A stretch of 64,000 bases of DNA from an uncultured Lachnobacterium sp. (GCA_937935345.1 CALGXR010000024.1:16111-80110); one strand, 5' to 3'. Counted from the first letter of the stretch, positions 28,111-38,510 are shown. Notes: a model not told the origin generated them from the sequence alone. Program-made: numbers and translations.

Positions 28111-29421
28111 ATGAGCAAGAAGCATTACGCAGACAGAAATTTAAAATTTGAGACATTACAGTTACATGTAGGACAGGAAACACCTGATCCGGTTACAGAT
28201 GCAAGAGCAGTTCCAATCTACCTTACTTCATCATATGTGTTCCATAACAGTGAGCATGCGGCAGACAGATTCGGACTCAGAGATGCAGGAAATATCTACG
28301 GCAGACTGACAAACCCGACAGAGGATGTATTCGAGAGAAGAATTGCAGCACTCGAGGGCGGCGTTGCAGCACTTGCTGTTGGTTCAGGAGCAGCGGCACT
28401 CACATATGCTTTCCAGGCAGTAGCACACGCAGGTGACCATATCGTAGCAGCAAAGAATATCTACGGCGGTACATACAACCTCCTGGCACACACACTTCCT
28501 GATTACGGAATCGAGGCTACATTCGTGGATCCATTCGATTATGACGGAATCAAGGCTGCCATCAAAGAAAACACAAAAGCTATCGAAATTGAGACACTCG
28601 GAAATCCAAACTCAGAGGTAGTGGATATCGAGAAAATCGCAAATATCGCACATGAGGCAGGAATCCCACTCATCGTGGACAATACCTTTGCTACACCATA
28701 CCTTGTCCGTCCGATTGAGTACGGTGCTGATATAGTGGTTCACTCAGCTACAAAGTTCATCGGTGGACACGGAACAACAATCGGTGGAGTTATCATCGAC
28801 AGCGGTAAATTTGACTGGACACAGAATGATAAATGGCCTTGGCTTGTAGAGCCAAACGTATCATACCATGGAGTAAGCTTCGCAAAGGATTGCGCACCGG
28901 CAGCATTTGCGACATATATCAGGGCAATTTTACTTCGTGATACAGGAGCAACAATTTCACCTGTTCATTCATTTATCTTCCTTCAGGGACTTGAGACACT
29001 TTCACTTCGTGTGGAGCGTCACGTGGAGAATGCACTCAAGGTGGTTCAGTACTTAAAGGACCAGCCACTTGTGGAGAAGGTGAACCATCCTTCTATCACA
29101 GAGGATAAAGAGCAGCAGGAGCTTTACAAGAAGTACTTCCCTAACGGAGGAGGCTCTATCTTTACATTTGAGATTAAGGGCGGAGCAAAGGAAGCACAGA
29201 AATTCATCGACAACCTTGAGCTTTTCTCACTGCTTGCAAATGTAGCTGATGTTAAGTCGCTTGCTATACATCCGGCTTCAACCACACATTCAGAGTGCAA
29301 CGAAGCAGAGCTTCTAGACCAGGGCATCAAGCCAAACACAATCCGTCTTTCAATCGGAACAGAGAATGTGGACGATATAATCGAGGATCTTGATGAGGCA
29401 TTCAAGGCACTTGCCGAGTAA
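28111..29421 (+). CDS. metY: O-acetylhomoserine (thiol)-lyase / sulfhydrylase (PLP-dependent, Cys/Met metabolism family)
   Basis: The 436-aa length and the ~20-residue N-terminal extension before the PLP fold (…NLKFETLQLHVGQE…) fit the MetY subfamily. PLP-lysine context …HSATKFIGGHG…. Strong GGAGGA RBS. Confidence 0.85.
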   Translation: MSKKHYADRNLKFETLQLHVGQETPDPVTDARAVPIYLTSSYVFHNSEHAADRFGLRDAGNIYGRLTNPTEDVFERRIAALEGGVAALAVGSGAAALTYAFQAVAHAGDHIVAAKNIYGGTYNLLAHTLPDYGIEATFVDPFDYDGIKAAIKENTKAIEIETLGNPNSEVVDIEKIANIAHEAGIPLIVDNTFATPYLVRPIEYGADIVVHSATKFIGGHGTTIGGVIIDSGKFDWTQNDKWPWLVEPNVSYHGVSFAKDCAPAAFATYIRAILLRDTGATISPVHSFIFLQGLETLSLRVERHVENALKVVQYLKDQPLVEKVNHPSITEDKEQQELYKKYFPNGGGSIFTFEIKGGAKEAQKFIDNLELFSLLANVADVKSLAIHPASTTHSECNEAELLDQGIKPNTIRLSIGTENVDDIIEDLDEAFKALAE

Positions 29422-29668
29422 TATATTTTGCATGATAAATACTCCTTAAACCAATAAATTGTGATCATTATAAAAAGGGACCGTGAAATTTTAATACGGT
29501 CCCTTTTACTGTGCTATGAAAAAGCGTGGATTGGATTTTTTCGCGAACATCTTGACAACCTTTTAACAATTATTGATATTCGCGGAAAATAAGTATATTA
29601 TAGTCAGTGGTGTGAAACCAGATACAGTTTTAAATAATAAATAAAATATACATAAAGGAGACATTATC

Positions 29669-30652
29669 ATGTTTGGATTTGGTCAGTTAATCGAAATATT
29701 AAAGAAAGACCCAAAGAAAATCGTATTCACAGAGGGAGAGGATCCACGTATCCTTGAGGCAGCTTCACGTTTACTTGCAAGCAACTTCTTACATCCTATC
29801 CTTGTAGGAGATCCTGAGAAGATTGCTGCAAGCGCTGAGAAGAGCGGTTTCAATATCCGTGGAGCAGAGATTATAGATCCTATGAACTTTGATCGTATGG
29901 ATGAGATGGTTGAATTATTCTGCGAGCTTCGTAAGAGCAAGGGTGTTACACCTGAGCAGGCTAAGGGAATCCTTTCATCAGCTAACTACTTTGGAACAAT
30001 GCTTGTAAAGATGGGCATTGCAGACTCTCTTCTCGGAGGAGCTACATACTCAACAGCAGATACAGTTCGTCCTGCATTACAGCTTATCAAGACAAAGCCT
30101 GGCAACACAATCGTATCTTCATGCTTTATCCTTGTTCGTCCATCTGCAACAGGTGAGAATGAGGTGCTTGCAATGAGTGATTGTGCTATCAACATTCACC
30201 CAACTGAGGATGAGCTTGTTGAGATCGCAGGAGAGTCTGCAGAGTGTGCTAGGATCTTCGGTATCGATCCAAAGCTTGCATTCTTAAGCTACTCAACACT
30301 TGGCTCAGGAAAGGGTGAGGACGTTGACAAGATGAGAAACGCAGCTCACAAGGCAAAAGAGAAATATCCAAATCTTCCAATCGAGGGAGAAATCCAGTTT
30401 GACGCAGCTGTTGCACCACGTGTAGCCCGCACAAAGTGCCCACAGTCTGAGGTTGCTGGTCATGCAAATACATTTATCTTCCCTGACATCAATGCAGGAA
30501 ATATCGGATACAAGATTGCACAGAGACTTGGTAACTTCGAAGCATACGGCCCAATCCTTCTTGGACTCAATGCTCCAATCAATGACCTTTCTCGTGGATG
30601 CAATGCAGGAGAGGTTTACTCAATGGCTATCATCACTGCAGCACTTGCATAA
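29669..30652 (+). CDS. pta: Phosphate acetyltransferase (phosphotransacetylase)
   Basis: 327 aa. …GGATYSTADTVRPALQLIKTKPG… matches the Pta signature. AAAGGAG RBS. Confidence 0.8.
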   Translation: MFGFGQLIEILKKDPKKIVFTEGEDPRILEAASRLLASNFLHPILVGDPEKIAASAEKSGFNIRGAEIIDPMNFDRMDEMVELFCELRKSKGVTPEQAKGILSSANYFGTMLVKMGIADSLLGGATYSTADTVRPALQLIKTKPGNTIVSSCFILVRPSATGENEVLAMSDCAINIHPTEDELVEIAGESAECARIFGIDPKLAFLSYSTLGSGKGEDVDKMRNAAHKAKEKYPNLPIEGEIQFDAAVAPRVARTKCPQSEVAGHANTFIFPDINAGNIGYKIAQRLGNFEAYGPILLGLNAPINDLSRGCNAGEVYSMAIITAALA

Positions 30653-30852
30653 GACATTTAATGGACTATATCCATTTTAATAAAGACCGCTCCGGTTTGT
30701 CCGGGGCGGTCTTTTATTGAAAAAAGTTACTGAAAATAATATCTTGGCGCAACAGAAGAAATAAGGTATACTATACTTAAAAACCAAAATACAGAGCAAT
30801 GACAGTTGACAATAACATGAGGTATTGTATCTGATAGAAAGAGAGACGATAT

Positions 30853-31386
30853 ATGAGAGTAGGAATGGGCTATGATGTGCACAAGCTTGTTGAAGGCAGA
30901 GATTTGATTTTAGGAGGAGTGAAGGTTCCGCATACACTTGGGCTGTTAGGCCACTCGGACGCCGATGTACTGTTGCATGCGATAATGGATGCACTCTTAG
31001 GCGCAGCAGCACTTGGCGATATCGGAAAGCATTTTCCGGATACAGACCCGGCATATGAGGGTATTTCAAGTCTCAAGCTTTTGGAGCATGTGAGAGACCT
31101 CATTGCAAAAAAGGGCTATGTGATAGAAAATATAGATGCAACGGTAATCGCACAAAAGCCTAAGCTTCGTCCGTATATTGAGCAGATGGAGCAGAATGTG
31201 GCTGATACACTGGGGATTGCAAAGGAACAGGTCAATATAAAGGCAACAACCGAGGAGTGGCTTGGCTTTACAGGCCGTGAGGAAGGAATTGCATCGCAGG
31301 CAATCTGCTCACTTACAGGTCTTTATGAGGCAAGCGTGCAGGTCGGAGGCGGATGCAGCGGCTGCGGAGGCTGTCAGGCCGATTAA
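30853..31386 (+). CDS. ispF: 2-C-methyl-D-erythritol 2,4-cyclodiphosphate synthase with an unusual Cys/Gly-rich C-terminal tail
   Basis: [12 protein letters not shown]…[10 protein letters not shown]…[12 protein letters not shown] motifs. Homology ends around residue 158; then an extra tail [23 protein letters not shown]. Confidence 0.85.
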   Translation: MRVGMGYDVHKLVEGRDLILGGVKVPHTLGLLGHSDADVLLHAIMDALLGAAALGDIGKHFPDTDPAYEGISSLKLLEHVRDLIAKKGYVIENIDATVIAQKPKLRPYIEQMEQNVADTLGIAKEQVNIKATTEEWLGFTGREEGIASQAICSLTGLYEASVQVGGGCSGCGGCQAD

Positions 31387-31456
31387 TTTGAATATATAGG
31401 AAAAACATGCTAAAATAAAAAGATAGTTATAAATCATCCAAAAGGAGATATAAATA

Positions 31457-32884
31457 ATGGAGAACAATTTCAAGTTTTACAATACACTCACAAGACAGAT
31501 TGATACTGTTGTACCGCGCGTTGACGGCAAAATCGGCATGTATACATGTGGACCTACAGTTTATCATTTTGCACATATCGGAAATATCCGCTCATACATC
31601 ATGGAGGATGTGCTCGAGAAGGCACTTCGCTATGTGGGCTATGATGTAAAGCGTGTCATGAATATCACGGACGTGGGACACCTCTCAAGCGACGGAGATA
31701 CCGGAGAGGACAAGATGCTTAAGGGTGCAAAGCGTGAGCACAAGAGCGTCATGGAGGTAGCAAAGGAGTACACGGATGCCTTTTTTAAGGATTTCACGGC
31801 TGTTCACAACAGAATGCCTGATGTCGTAGAGCCTGCAACCAACTGTATTCCGGAGTTTATCAATATGGTGGAGGTGCTTATCGAGAAGGGCTATGCCTAT
31901 TTTGCAGGAGGCAATGTATATTTTGATACATCAAAGCTTGATGATTATTTTGTATTTTCTTCAGCAGTTGAGAAGGAGCAGCTTCAGGTTGGAGTGCGCG
32001 ATGACGTCGAGGAGGATGTAAACAAGAAAAATAAAAATGATTTCGTGCTCTGGTTCACACAGTCGAAGTTTGAGGATCAGGCACTTAAATGGGACAGCCC
32101 ATGGGGCGTCGGATATCCGGGCTGGCATATAGAGTGCTCATGCATCAGCATGAAGCATCTTGGAGAGTACGTGGATATCCATTGTGGAGGTGTGGACAAT
32201 ATTTTCCCACATCACACCAATGAGATCGCACAGTCTGAAAGCTATCTGGGACACGATTGGTGCAAGTATTGGTTCCATGTCAATCACCTAAATGACAGAG
32301 CCGGCAAGATGAGCAAGTCGAAGGGAGCAATACTTACAGTTTCAGTGCTTCAGGAAAAGGGCTATAATCCGCTTGCCTACAGATTCTTCTGCTTGCAGTC
32401 GCACTACAGAAAGCCTCTTGAGTTTTCATTTGATGCGCTCGACAATGCAGTTGCAGCCTACAATAAGATTGCAAAGCGTGTGGCAGAGCTTAAGTCTGAG
32501 GGCGATATTGATGAGACAGCATTTGTTGATTTTAAGAAGAAATTTACTGATGCAGTTTCAAACGATCTGAATACATCAATGGCTATAACCATAGTCTATG
32601 ATGTACTTAAGGCTGATATCTCAGACAGGACAAAGCTTGCGCTTATAGATGACTTTGAGCAGGTGCTTGATCTGGGACTTAGGGAGTCTGGAAAGGCCTT
32701 GCTTGAAGCTTCATCATCTGTTGACAGTGAGCTTGAGGCATTTATCAATGATAAAATTGCAGAGCGTGCAGCCGCTAAAAAGGCAAAGGACTTTGCGACA
32801 GCCGATGCCATAAGAGATGAGCTTCTGGCAAAGGGCGTTGCCATAAAGGATACCCGTGAGGGAGTAAAATGGGAGCTTGTATAG
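31457..32884 (+). CDS. cysS: Cysteine--tRNA ligase
   Basis: HIGN (class I HIGH) and KMSKS motifs. Zinc-binding Cys context …YTCGPTVY…. 475 aa. Confidence 0.9.
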   Translation: MENNFKFYNTLTRQIDTVVPRVDGKIGMYTCGPTVYHFAHIGNIRSYIMEDVLEKALRYVGYDVKRVMNITDVGHLSSDGDTGEDKMLKGAKREHKSVMEVAKEYTDAFFKDFTAVHNRMPDVVEPATNCIPEFINMVEVLIEKGYAYFAGGNVYFDTSKLDDYFVFSSAVEKEQLQVGVRDDVEEDVNKKNKNDFVLWFTQSKFEDQALKWDSPWGVGYPGWHIECSCISMKHLGEYVDIHCGGVDNIFPHHTNEIAQSESYLGHDWCKYWFHVNHLNDRAGKMSKSKGAILTVSVLQEKGYNPLAYRFFCLQSHYRKPLEFSFDALDNAVAAYNKIAKRVAELKSEGDIDETAFVDFKKKFTDAVSNDLNTSMAITIVYDVLKADISDRTKLALIDDFEQVLDLGLRESGKALLEASSSVDSELEAFINDKIAERAAAKKAKDFATADAIRDELLAKGVAIKDTREGVKWELV

Positions 32885-33314
32885 TATGAAGATAGACTCA
32901 TATATTAAGGAACAGTTTGGAATAAAGGATGTTGATATAAGGACATACTCGCCGCTTACACTTGCATATATCGGTGATGGCATATTTGATATTGTCATCC
33001 GCTCGGTTGTGGTGGGAAAGGGCAATACAAAGGCCAATCTGCTTCATAAGCACACAAGCAATATAGTAAAGGCACATACTCAGGCTCTTATGATAGAGGC
33101 ACTTTTACCGCATCTGACGGAGGAAGAGAGCGATGTGTATCACAGGGGGCGAAATGCCAAGTCCCCTTCCATGGCCAAAAACGCTACTATGGCGGATTAC
33201 AGAAAGGCTACAGGGCTTGAGGCAGTCATGGGCTATCTTTATCTGAAGGATGATTTCGAGAGGGTTGTTTCGCTTACCAAGCTTGGAGTGGAGCTTTTAG
33301 GAATTGAAATATAG
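32877..33314 (+). CDS. mrnC: Mini-ribonuclease 3 (Mini-III)
   Basis: YSPLTLAYIGDGIFDIVIRS RNase III-like signature. 145 aa. Overlaps the cysS stop as in the B. subtilis cysS-yazC arrangement. Confidence 0.8.
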   Translation: MYSMKIDSYIKEQFGIKDVDIRTYSPLTLAYIGDGIFDIVIRSVVVGKGNTKANLLHKHTSNIVKAHTQALMIEALLPHLTEEESDVYHRGRNAKSPSMAKNATMADYRKATGLEAVMGYLYLKDDFERVVSLTKLGVELLGIEI

Positions 33315-33331
33315 CAAAATAAGAGGAAAAT

Positions 33332-34099
33332 ATGGATAACAATAATAAAGAAAAATTTCATGAGAATTATATAGAGGGCAGAAATGCCGTGCTTGAGGCT
33401 TTCCGTTCGGGAAAGACAATAGATAAGCTTTTTGTGCTTGACGGCTGTCAGGACGGACCAATAAAGTCGATTACAAGAGAGGCCAGAAAGCATGATGCTA
33501 TCATAAACTATGTTGCAAAGGAAAGACTTGATCAGATGTCTGAGACAGGCAAGCATCAGGGTGTCATTGCAGTTTCGGCAGCATATGAGTATGCTGAGGT
33601 CTCTGACATACTGGAAAATGCCGAAAGAAAGGGTGAGCCGCCTTTTATCATCATACTTGACGGTATAGAGGATCCGCACAATCTCGGTGCAATAATCCGT
33701 ACCGCAAACCAGGCGGGTGCACATGGTATTATCATACCGAAAAGGCGTGCAGTGGGACTTACACCAACGGTGGCAAAGACATCTGCCGGTGCGATAAACT
33801 ATACACCTGTTGCCAAGGTTACCAATATCTCAAATACCATAAAGGAGCTTAAGGAAAGGGGCATGTGGTTTGTATGTGCCGATATGGGTGGTACCACCAT
33901 GTATGACTTAAACTTAACAGGTCCTATAGGTCTTGTAATAGGCAATGAGGGCGACGGAGTCAGCAAGCTTGTGAAGGAAAACTGTGATATGGTTGCATCT
34001 ATTCCTATGGTTGGCGATATCGATTCACTGAACGCATCGGTTGCGACAGGCGTGCTTGCATATGAGATAGTCAGACAGAGACTTAAGAGTGGAAAGTAG
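33332..34099 (+). CDS. rlmB: 23S rRNA (guanosine-2'-O)-methyltransferase RlmB/YacO (SpoU-TrmH family)
   Basis: N-terminal substrate-binding domain plus SpoU methylase motifs (…ILDGIEDPHNLGAIIRTA…, …IPMVGDIDSLNASVA…). Confidence 0.8.
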   Translation: MDNNNKEKFHENYIEGRNAVLEAFRSGKTIDKLFVLDGCQDGPIKSITREARKHDAIINYVAKERLDQMSETGKHQGVIAVSAAYEYAEVSDILENAERKGEPPFIIILDGIEDPHNLGAIIRTANQAGAHGIIIPKRRAVGLTPTVAKTSAGAINYTPVAKVTNISNTIKELKERGMWFVCADMGGTTMYDLNLTGPIGLVIGNEGDGVSKLVKENCDMVASIPMVGDIDSLNASVATGVLAYEIVRQRLKSGK

Positions 34100-34165
34100 A
34101 TTACAGGTCACAGGATGAGTGGCGTGTATTATGAAGTGTATATTTATAGAATAGGAAGCATATAA

Positions 34166-34771
34166 GTGGAAGATTACAGCGCATATACGGATGAAGAGCT
34201 TATTACGAGGCTTCATAATGACAAAAATGCCAATGGTGACGATAACGAAATCATGGACTATATATTGGAAAAGTATAAGCCGCTTGTGCGCAAAAAGACG
34301 AATGCACTTTACCTGATAGGCGGTGAGAATGACGACCTCATTCAGGAGGGCATGATTGGCCTGTTTAAAGCAGTCAGAGACTATAAGAGCGACAGGGAGT
34401 CTTCCTTTTGCAGCTTTGCACAGCTGTGCATCACCAGGCAGCTATGCTCGGCACTTGAGGCCTCAAACCGAAAGAAGCATATGCCGCTTAATACCTATAT
34501 ATCCTTTTCGCAGAGTGACAGCGATGGCACAGAGCTTGAGGAAATGCTGCATGATGATATTGCAAGTCCGGAGCAGCTTCTCATAGAGCAGGAAAAATTT
34601 AAGGAATTTAAGGAACAATTGTGGAATAAACTGAGTAATATGGAGAAAAAAGTGCTACAATTGTATCTGGAAGGAAATAATTATACAACGATAGCGCATA
34701 TGCTTGGTAAATCAGATAAATCAATTGACAATGCACTATCCCGTATCAGACAAAAGCTAAAAAGAAAGTAG
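34166..34771 (+). CDS. sigH: RNA polymerase sigma factor SigH (sigma-70 family, ECF-like size)
   Basis: Region 2 DLIQEGMIGLFKAVRDY and region 4 HTH (…YTTIAHMLGKSDKSIDNALSRIRQKL). Position after cysS-mrnC-rlmB matches the conserved Firmicute sigH locus. Confidence 0.8.
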   Translation: MEDYSAYTDEELITRLHNDKNANGDDNEIMDYILEKYKPLVRKKTNALYLIGGENDDLIQEGMIGLFKAVRDYKSDRESSFCSFAQLCITRQLCSALEASNRKKHMPLNTYISFSQSDSDGTELEEMLHDDIASPEQLLIEQEKFKEFKEQLWNKLSNMEKKVLQLYLEGNNYTTIAHMLGKSDKSIDNALSRIRQKLKRK

Positions 34772-34783
34772 GTGAAGCTTGTT

Positions 34784-35440
34784 ATGGAGTTTTCAAGAAT
34801 AGGTGAACACACTATAAAATGTGTTATTTCAGAAGAAGAGATATATGATCTGGGATATACAATGGATGAAATCATGAGCAATGGCGAGCGCACCCAGGAG
34901 TTTATGAATCAGATATTTGACATGGCTTCAGAAGAGTTTGGAACTGATTTTAATTCGGGAATCAAGACTGTGAGAGCGGATTTTCTGGCGGATCACACAC
35001 TTTCTCTGACGTTTTCTGAGCATCCTGCTACCGAGGGTATGATGGAGCATCTGAAGGATATTGTTAATGGACTGCTTAATTCATTGCCGGCTGAGGCTGT
35101 AGCGGCTGAGAAGGATAAGAAAGGCAGGGAAACTGTTAAAAAGCAGGATATGGTGTCTGTTGTAATGTTTATCTTTGAGAAATTTGATGTAGCTGTCAGA
35201 TTTGCAAAGATGATTAAAGGCTTGCCAATGCCATTCTCGCAGCTTTTTAAGTTTGAGGGAGAGTACTTTATGAGCATGGATTTATCGGGCTATGATGAGC
35301 ATGAGCTTGAGAAGATGTCTGTCATAGCAGATGAGTATGCAGATGATATCATTGCAGGGGCTGACAAAAGAGCTTTTCTTATGGAGCATGCAAGGGTTAT
35401 TCTTGATGAAAAGGCTATTGAGAGCCTGGCACAGCTGTAA
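34784..35440 (+). CDS. mecA: Adaptor protein MecA (ClpC adaptor)
   Basis: MEFSRIGEHTIKCVISEEEIYDLG resembles the MecA N-terminus (MEIERINEHTVKF.IS..DL..RG). Acidic C-terminal ClpC-binding domain. AGGTGA RBS before the ATG at 34784. Confidence 0.65.
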   Translation: MEFSRIGEHTIKCVISEEEIYDLGYTMDEIMSNGERTQEFMNQIFDMASEEFGTDFNSGIKTVRADFLADHTLSLTFSEHPATEGMMEHLKDIVNGLLNSLPAEAVAAEKDKKGRETVKKQDMVSVVMFIFEKFDVAVRFAKMIKGLPMPFSQLFKFEGEYFMSMDLSGYDEHELEKMSVIADEYADDIIAGADKRAFLMEHARVILDEKAIESLAQL

Positions 35441-35474
35441 AATAACTGAATAGTCACATTGAAATAAAAGCAAG

Positions 35475-35510
35475 AAAAAGTCCGCCGGATAAACCGCGCG
35501 GACTTTTTGA
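35475..35510. terminator. Bidirectional rho-independent terminator (mecA + / cheY -)
   Basis: AGTCCGC…GCGGACT stem flanked by an A-run upstream and a T-run downstream. Confidence 0.5.
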
Positions 35511-35529
35511 ATACCTATGTATAAATGAA

Positions 35530-35889
35530 TTATCCAAGTACTTTTCTGATTGACTCGATAACACGGTCAGCCTGAAATGGCTTAACGATGAAATCTTTGG
35601 CACCTGACTGGATAGCGTCAATAACCATAGACTGCTGTCCCATAGCAGAGCACATAACGCATGTAGCATTTGGGTCAGCTGCTTTAATTTCCTTTAAAGC
35701 CTGGATGCCGTCCTTGTTTGGCATAGTGATGTCGAGTGTTACAAGATCAGGCTTGAGCTCATTGTACTTTGCAACTGCCTCATTTCCGTCAGCAGCCTCA
35801 CCTGCAATCTCAAATCCACCCTTTGTAAGGATATCCTTCAGCATCATTCTCATAAATGCTGCATCATCAACTATTAAAATTCTAGCCAT
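35530..35889 (-). CDS. cheY: Chemotaxis response regulator CheY (single REC domain)
   Basis: ARILIVDDAAFMR…DITMP…K motifs (phospho-acceptor Asp, Thr/Lys). 119 aa. Confidence 0.8.
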   Translation of the reverse strand: MARILIVDDAAFMRMMLKDILTKGGFEIAGEAADGNEAVAKYNELKPDLVTLDITMPNKDGIQALKEIKAADPNATCVMCSAMGQQSMVIDAIQSGAKDFIVKPFQADRVIESIRKVLG

Positions 35890-35893
35890 GTTG

Positions 35894-36514
35894 TTAAACC
35901 TCCTGTTTGATAATCTGTTTTACTATACTTATCGGATACAACTGTAAGAGATCACTGTCTATTAAATCTCCGACAGTCAGCCTGAATGTCACCTTGACAA
36001 TATCTGTTCCGTTACACAACTCGTCCGGTATATCAAAGGTCTTCTGATAACTTGAATTGATAAGCGGAAAGCCTATGTCGGTTGGCTCGTTTAAGAGCGA
36101 AGACATTGATGTGGCTATTGTACCACACATCTGGTTCATAGCCTCCGATATGGCAGAAAGTGTAATTTCATCAAGTGTCATATCTGAAACATTACTTCCG
36201 TCGCCTCCCATCATGAGATTGGCAATAACCAATGCATCATTTAATTTTATAATAAGTAGGTTGGTTCCGTCAAGTCCTTTTGTGTAAGGAACCTTAATTA
36301 AAATTCGATCATCGTGATCGAGAGCATCCTCTTTTTTCAAAACCTCTACAATCGGAGTCGTAATATTTGTCGGTCTCTGTAGAATCATGCTCAGTGTTGT
36401 GGCAGCATTGCCTATGCAGATATTGGCTATTTCGCCTATGATATCGGCATTTTCCCTAGATATACTTTGCATTATTTTATCCTCCATATAGTTGTGGTAC
36501 CTATTTCCTAACAT
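35894..36514 (-). CDS. cheC: CheC-family CheY-P phosphatase
   Basis: Duplicated D/S-xxxE-xxN-xxxG motifs (GEIANICIGNAAT…; AISEAMNQMCG). 206 aa. Immediately upstream of cheY on the same strand. Confidence 0.75.
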   Translation of the reverse strand: MLGNRYHNYMEDKIMQSISRENADIIGEIANICIGNAATTLSMILQRPTNITTPIVEVLKKEDALDHDDRILIKVPYTKGLDGTNLLIIKLNDALVIANLMMGGDGSNVSDMTLDEITLSAISEAMNQMCGTIATSMSSLLNEPTDIGFPLINSSYQKTFDIPDELCNGTDIVKVTFRLTVGDLIDSDLLQLYPISIVKQIIKQEV

Positions 36515-36602
36515 ATATTATATCAGAGTTTTCAAAAATATCAAAGGAAATGTTTAAATTTTTTAAATTTATGTTAAAATAGTTTCAAAAGGAGATTACA
36601 AT

Positions 36603-38510
36603 ATGGGTGAAACAGAATATACAGAAGCATTAAAGATGGGAAAAAAGGAATACAGGACGAGAATTGCCAAAGGACAGTTCCCGTATCTGCCGGTGCTTGA
36701 TGAAATCTTATCAGAGGCAGATATTCAGACAGAGCAGTATATGGGGTTGGTCCAGGTGCCTTTGGATTTTGTTGTAGGAACGAGCACCATGGGCAGGACA
36801 TACTCATTTGCGGCAAACTTTATGCCGATATTGGACGAGGGAACCGAATTTGCAGTGAAGTGGTCTAATCTGTCTGATGCACAGATGAATGAGGGAATCA
36901 GAGATCCTATCAAGGCATTTGAGTATATGAACAGGTATTATGTGCTTGAGGGAAACAAGAGAGTCAGTGTGCTCAAGTACTTTAACGCTGTTTCGATTCC
37001 TGCAATTGTGACCAGAAAGATACCAAAGCTCTCAGATGACTATGATGTGAGGCTTTATTATGAGTATATGAAATTTAATGAAATCACAGGGCTTTGCTCT
37101 GTTGAGTTTACGAAGCTTGGCAATGCCGATAAGCTGCTTTCGCTTGTTGGAAAAGAGGGCAGATGGGATGATGAGACCAAGGAAAAATTTGCCAAGGTGA
37201 TGTTTGATTTTTCAAAGGTCTATAATTTTCGCGGCGGTGACAGGTTAGATATCAAGCTGGGTGATGCTATTACAGTATTTATGGAGGTCTTTGGCATGGA
37301 TGCCATGCTTGAGATGTCTGAGAATGATTACAACAAAAACATCATCAATACATGGAAGGAGTTTGCAGCAGAAGGGGAAAAGCACAAGATAAATCTGGTG
37401 CTGGATCCGAAAAAGGTACAGACAAAAAAGAGCCTGTTAAACTATCTTATTCCTCAGACTCAAAAGAAGCTCAAAGTAGTATTTTTGTATCCGAGAGAGC
37501 CTAAGACATCAGCATGGCTGTATTCGCATGAGCTTGGGCGCATGTATCTTGATGAAACCTTTTCGGACAAGCTGGAGACAGAATATGTGGCAGGTGTAGA
37601 TGAGAACAATGTGGAGCAGGTGCTTGAGGATATTATAAAGGCAGGTGCCGATATAGTTTTCTGTGTGGGACCGCAGATGATGCCAAACAGCCTAAAGGTG
37701 GCAGTTGCGCATCCGGAGGTTTACATACTCAACTGTTCGCTGAATGCGCCTCATCCTTATATCAGAACATACTATGGACGTATGTATGAGGCAAAGTTTC
37801 TCGCAGGAATGATAGCGGGAGCTGTCACAGACAATGAAAGGATTGCATATATTGCAGACTACCCGATATATGGCATGATTGCCAATATAAACGCGTTTGC
37901 TTTGGGAGTTGCAAGCGTGAATCCAAGGGCAAAGGTATATCTGGCATGGTCAAAGACCAAGGACTATGACAGGGATAAATTCCTCGCAGAAAATGACCTC
38001 CATTATGTGTCAGATCAGGATATTATTACTCCGAATGACGCGTCCAGATATTTTGGTCTGTACAAGCTTAAGGATGGCCAGGCATTAAATCTCGCCATGC
38101 CTATATGGAATTGGGGAGTGTTTTATGAGAAGCTTTTGCAGAGCGTACTGGCCGGCTCCTACAAGGCAGAAGGACAGGAGCAGGTTAAGGCACTTAACTA
38201 CTGGTGGGGCATGTCTGCCGGTGTTATTGACCTGATTTGTTCAAAGCATGTACCTTATGGAGTGAAGAGGCTTGCGGATCATTTAAAGAGCGATATCACA
38301 AAGGGTGAGGTTGTGCCGTTCTTTGGAAATATATATAACCAGAAGGGCGAGCTTAAAAACAAAGGTGAACACGAGATGAAACCGTCTGATATAATGAAAA
38401 TGGACTGGCTTGTAGATAATGTTGTGGGTAATATCCCGCCTATGAGTGAGTTTGTGGATAATGCAAAGACGGTGGTTGAACTAAAGGGTGTAGAGGAAAA
38501 TAAACTGTAA
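36603..38510 (+). CDS. Cytoplasmic fusion protein: ParB/Srx-like N-terminal domain plus BMP-family (PnrA/Med-like nucleoside-binding) C-terminal domain
   Basis: Residues around 100-145 (…YYVLEGNKRVSVLKYFNAVSIPAIV…) fit the ParB-like nuclease-domain motif (..G.RR..A.......IPAIV) with a degenerate GNKR. The C-terminal half (…VFCVGPQMMPN…IADYPIYGMIANINAFALGV…) fits the BMP/PnrA periplasmic-binding fold. No signal peptide or lipobox. Confidence 0.5.
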   Translation: MGETEYTEALKMGKKEYRTRIAKGQFPYLPVLDEILSEADIQTEQYMGLVQVPLDFVVGTSTMGRTYSFAANFMPILDEGTEFAVKWSNLSDAQMNEGIRDPIKAFEYMNRYYVLEGNKRVSVLKYFNAVSIPAIVTRKIPKLSDDYDVRLYYEYMKFNEITGLCSVEFTKLGNADKLLSLVGKEGRWDDETKEKFAKVMFDFSKVYNFRGGDRLDIKLGDAITVFMEVFGMDAMLEMSENDYNKNIINTWKEFAAEGEKHKINLVLDPKKVQTKKSLLNYLIPQTQKKLKVVFLYPREPKTSAWLYSHELGRMYLDETFSDKLETEYVAGVDENNVEQVLEDIIKAGADIVFCVGPQMMPNSLKVAVAHPEVYILNCSLNAPHPYIRTYYGRMYEAKFLAGMIAGAVTDNERIAYIADYPIYGMIANINAFALGVASVNPRAKVYLAWSKTKDYDRDKFLAENDLHYVSDQDIITPNDASRYFGLYKLKDGQALNLAMPIWNWGVFYEKLLQSVLAGSYKAEGQEQVKALNYWWGMSAGVIDLICSKHVPYGVKRLADHLKSDITKGEVVPFFGNIYNQKGELKNKGEHEMKPSDIMKMDWLVDNVVGNIPPMSEFVDNAKTVVELKGVEENKL

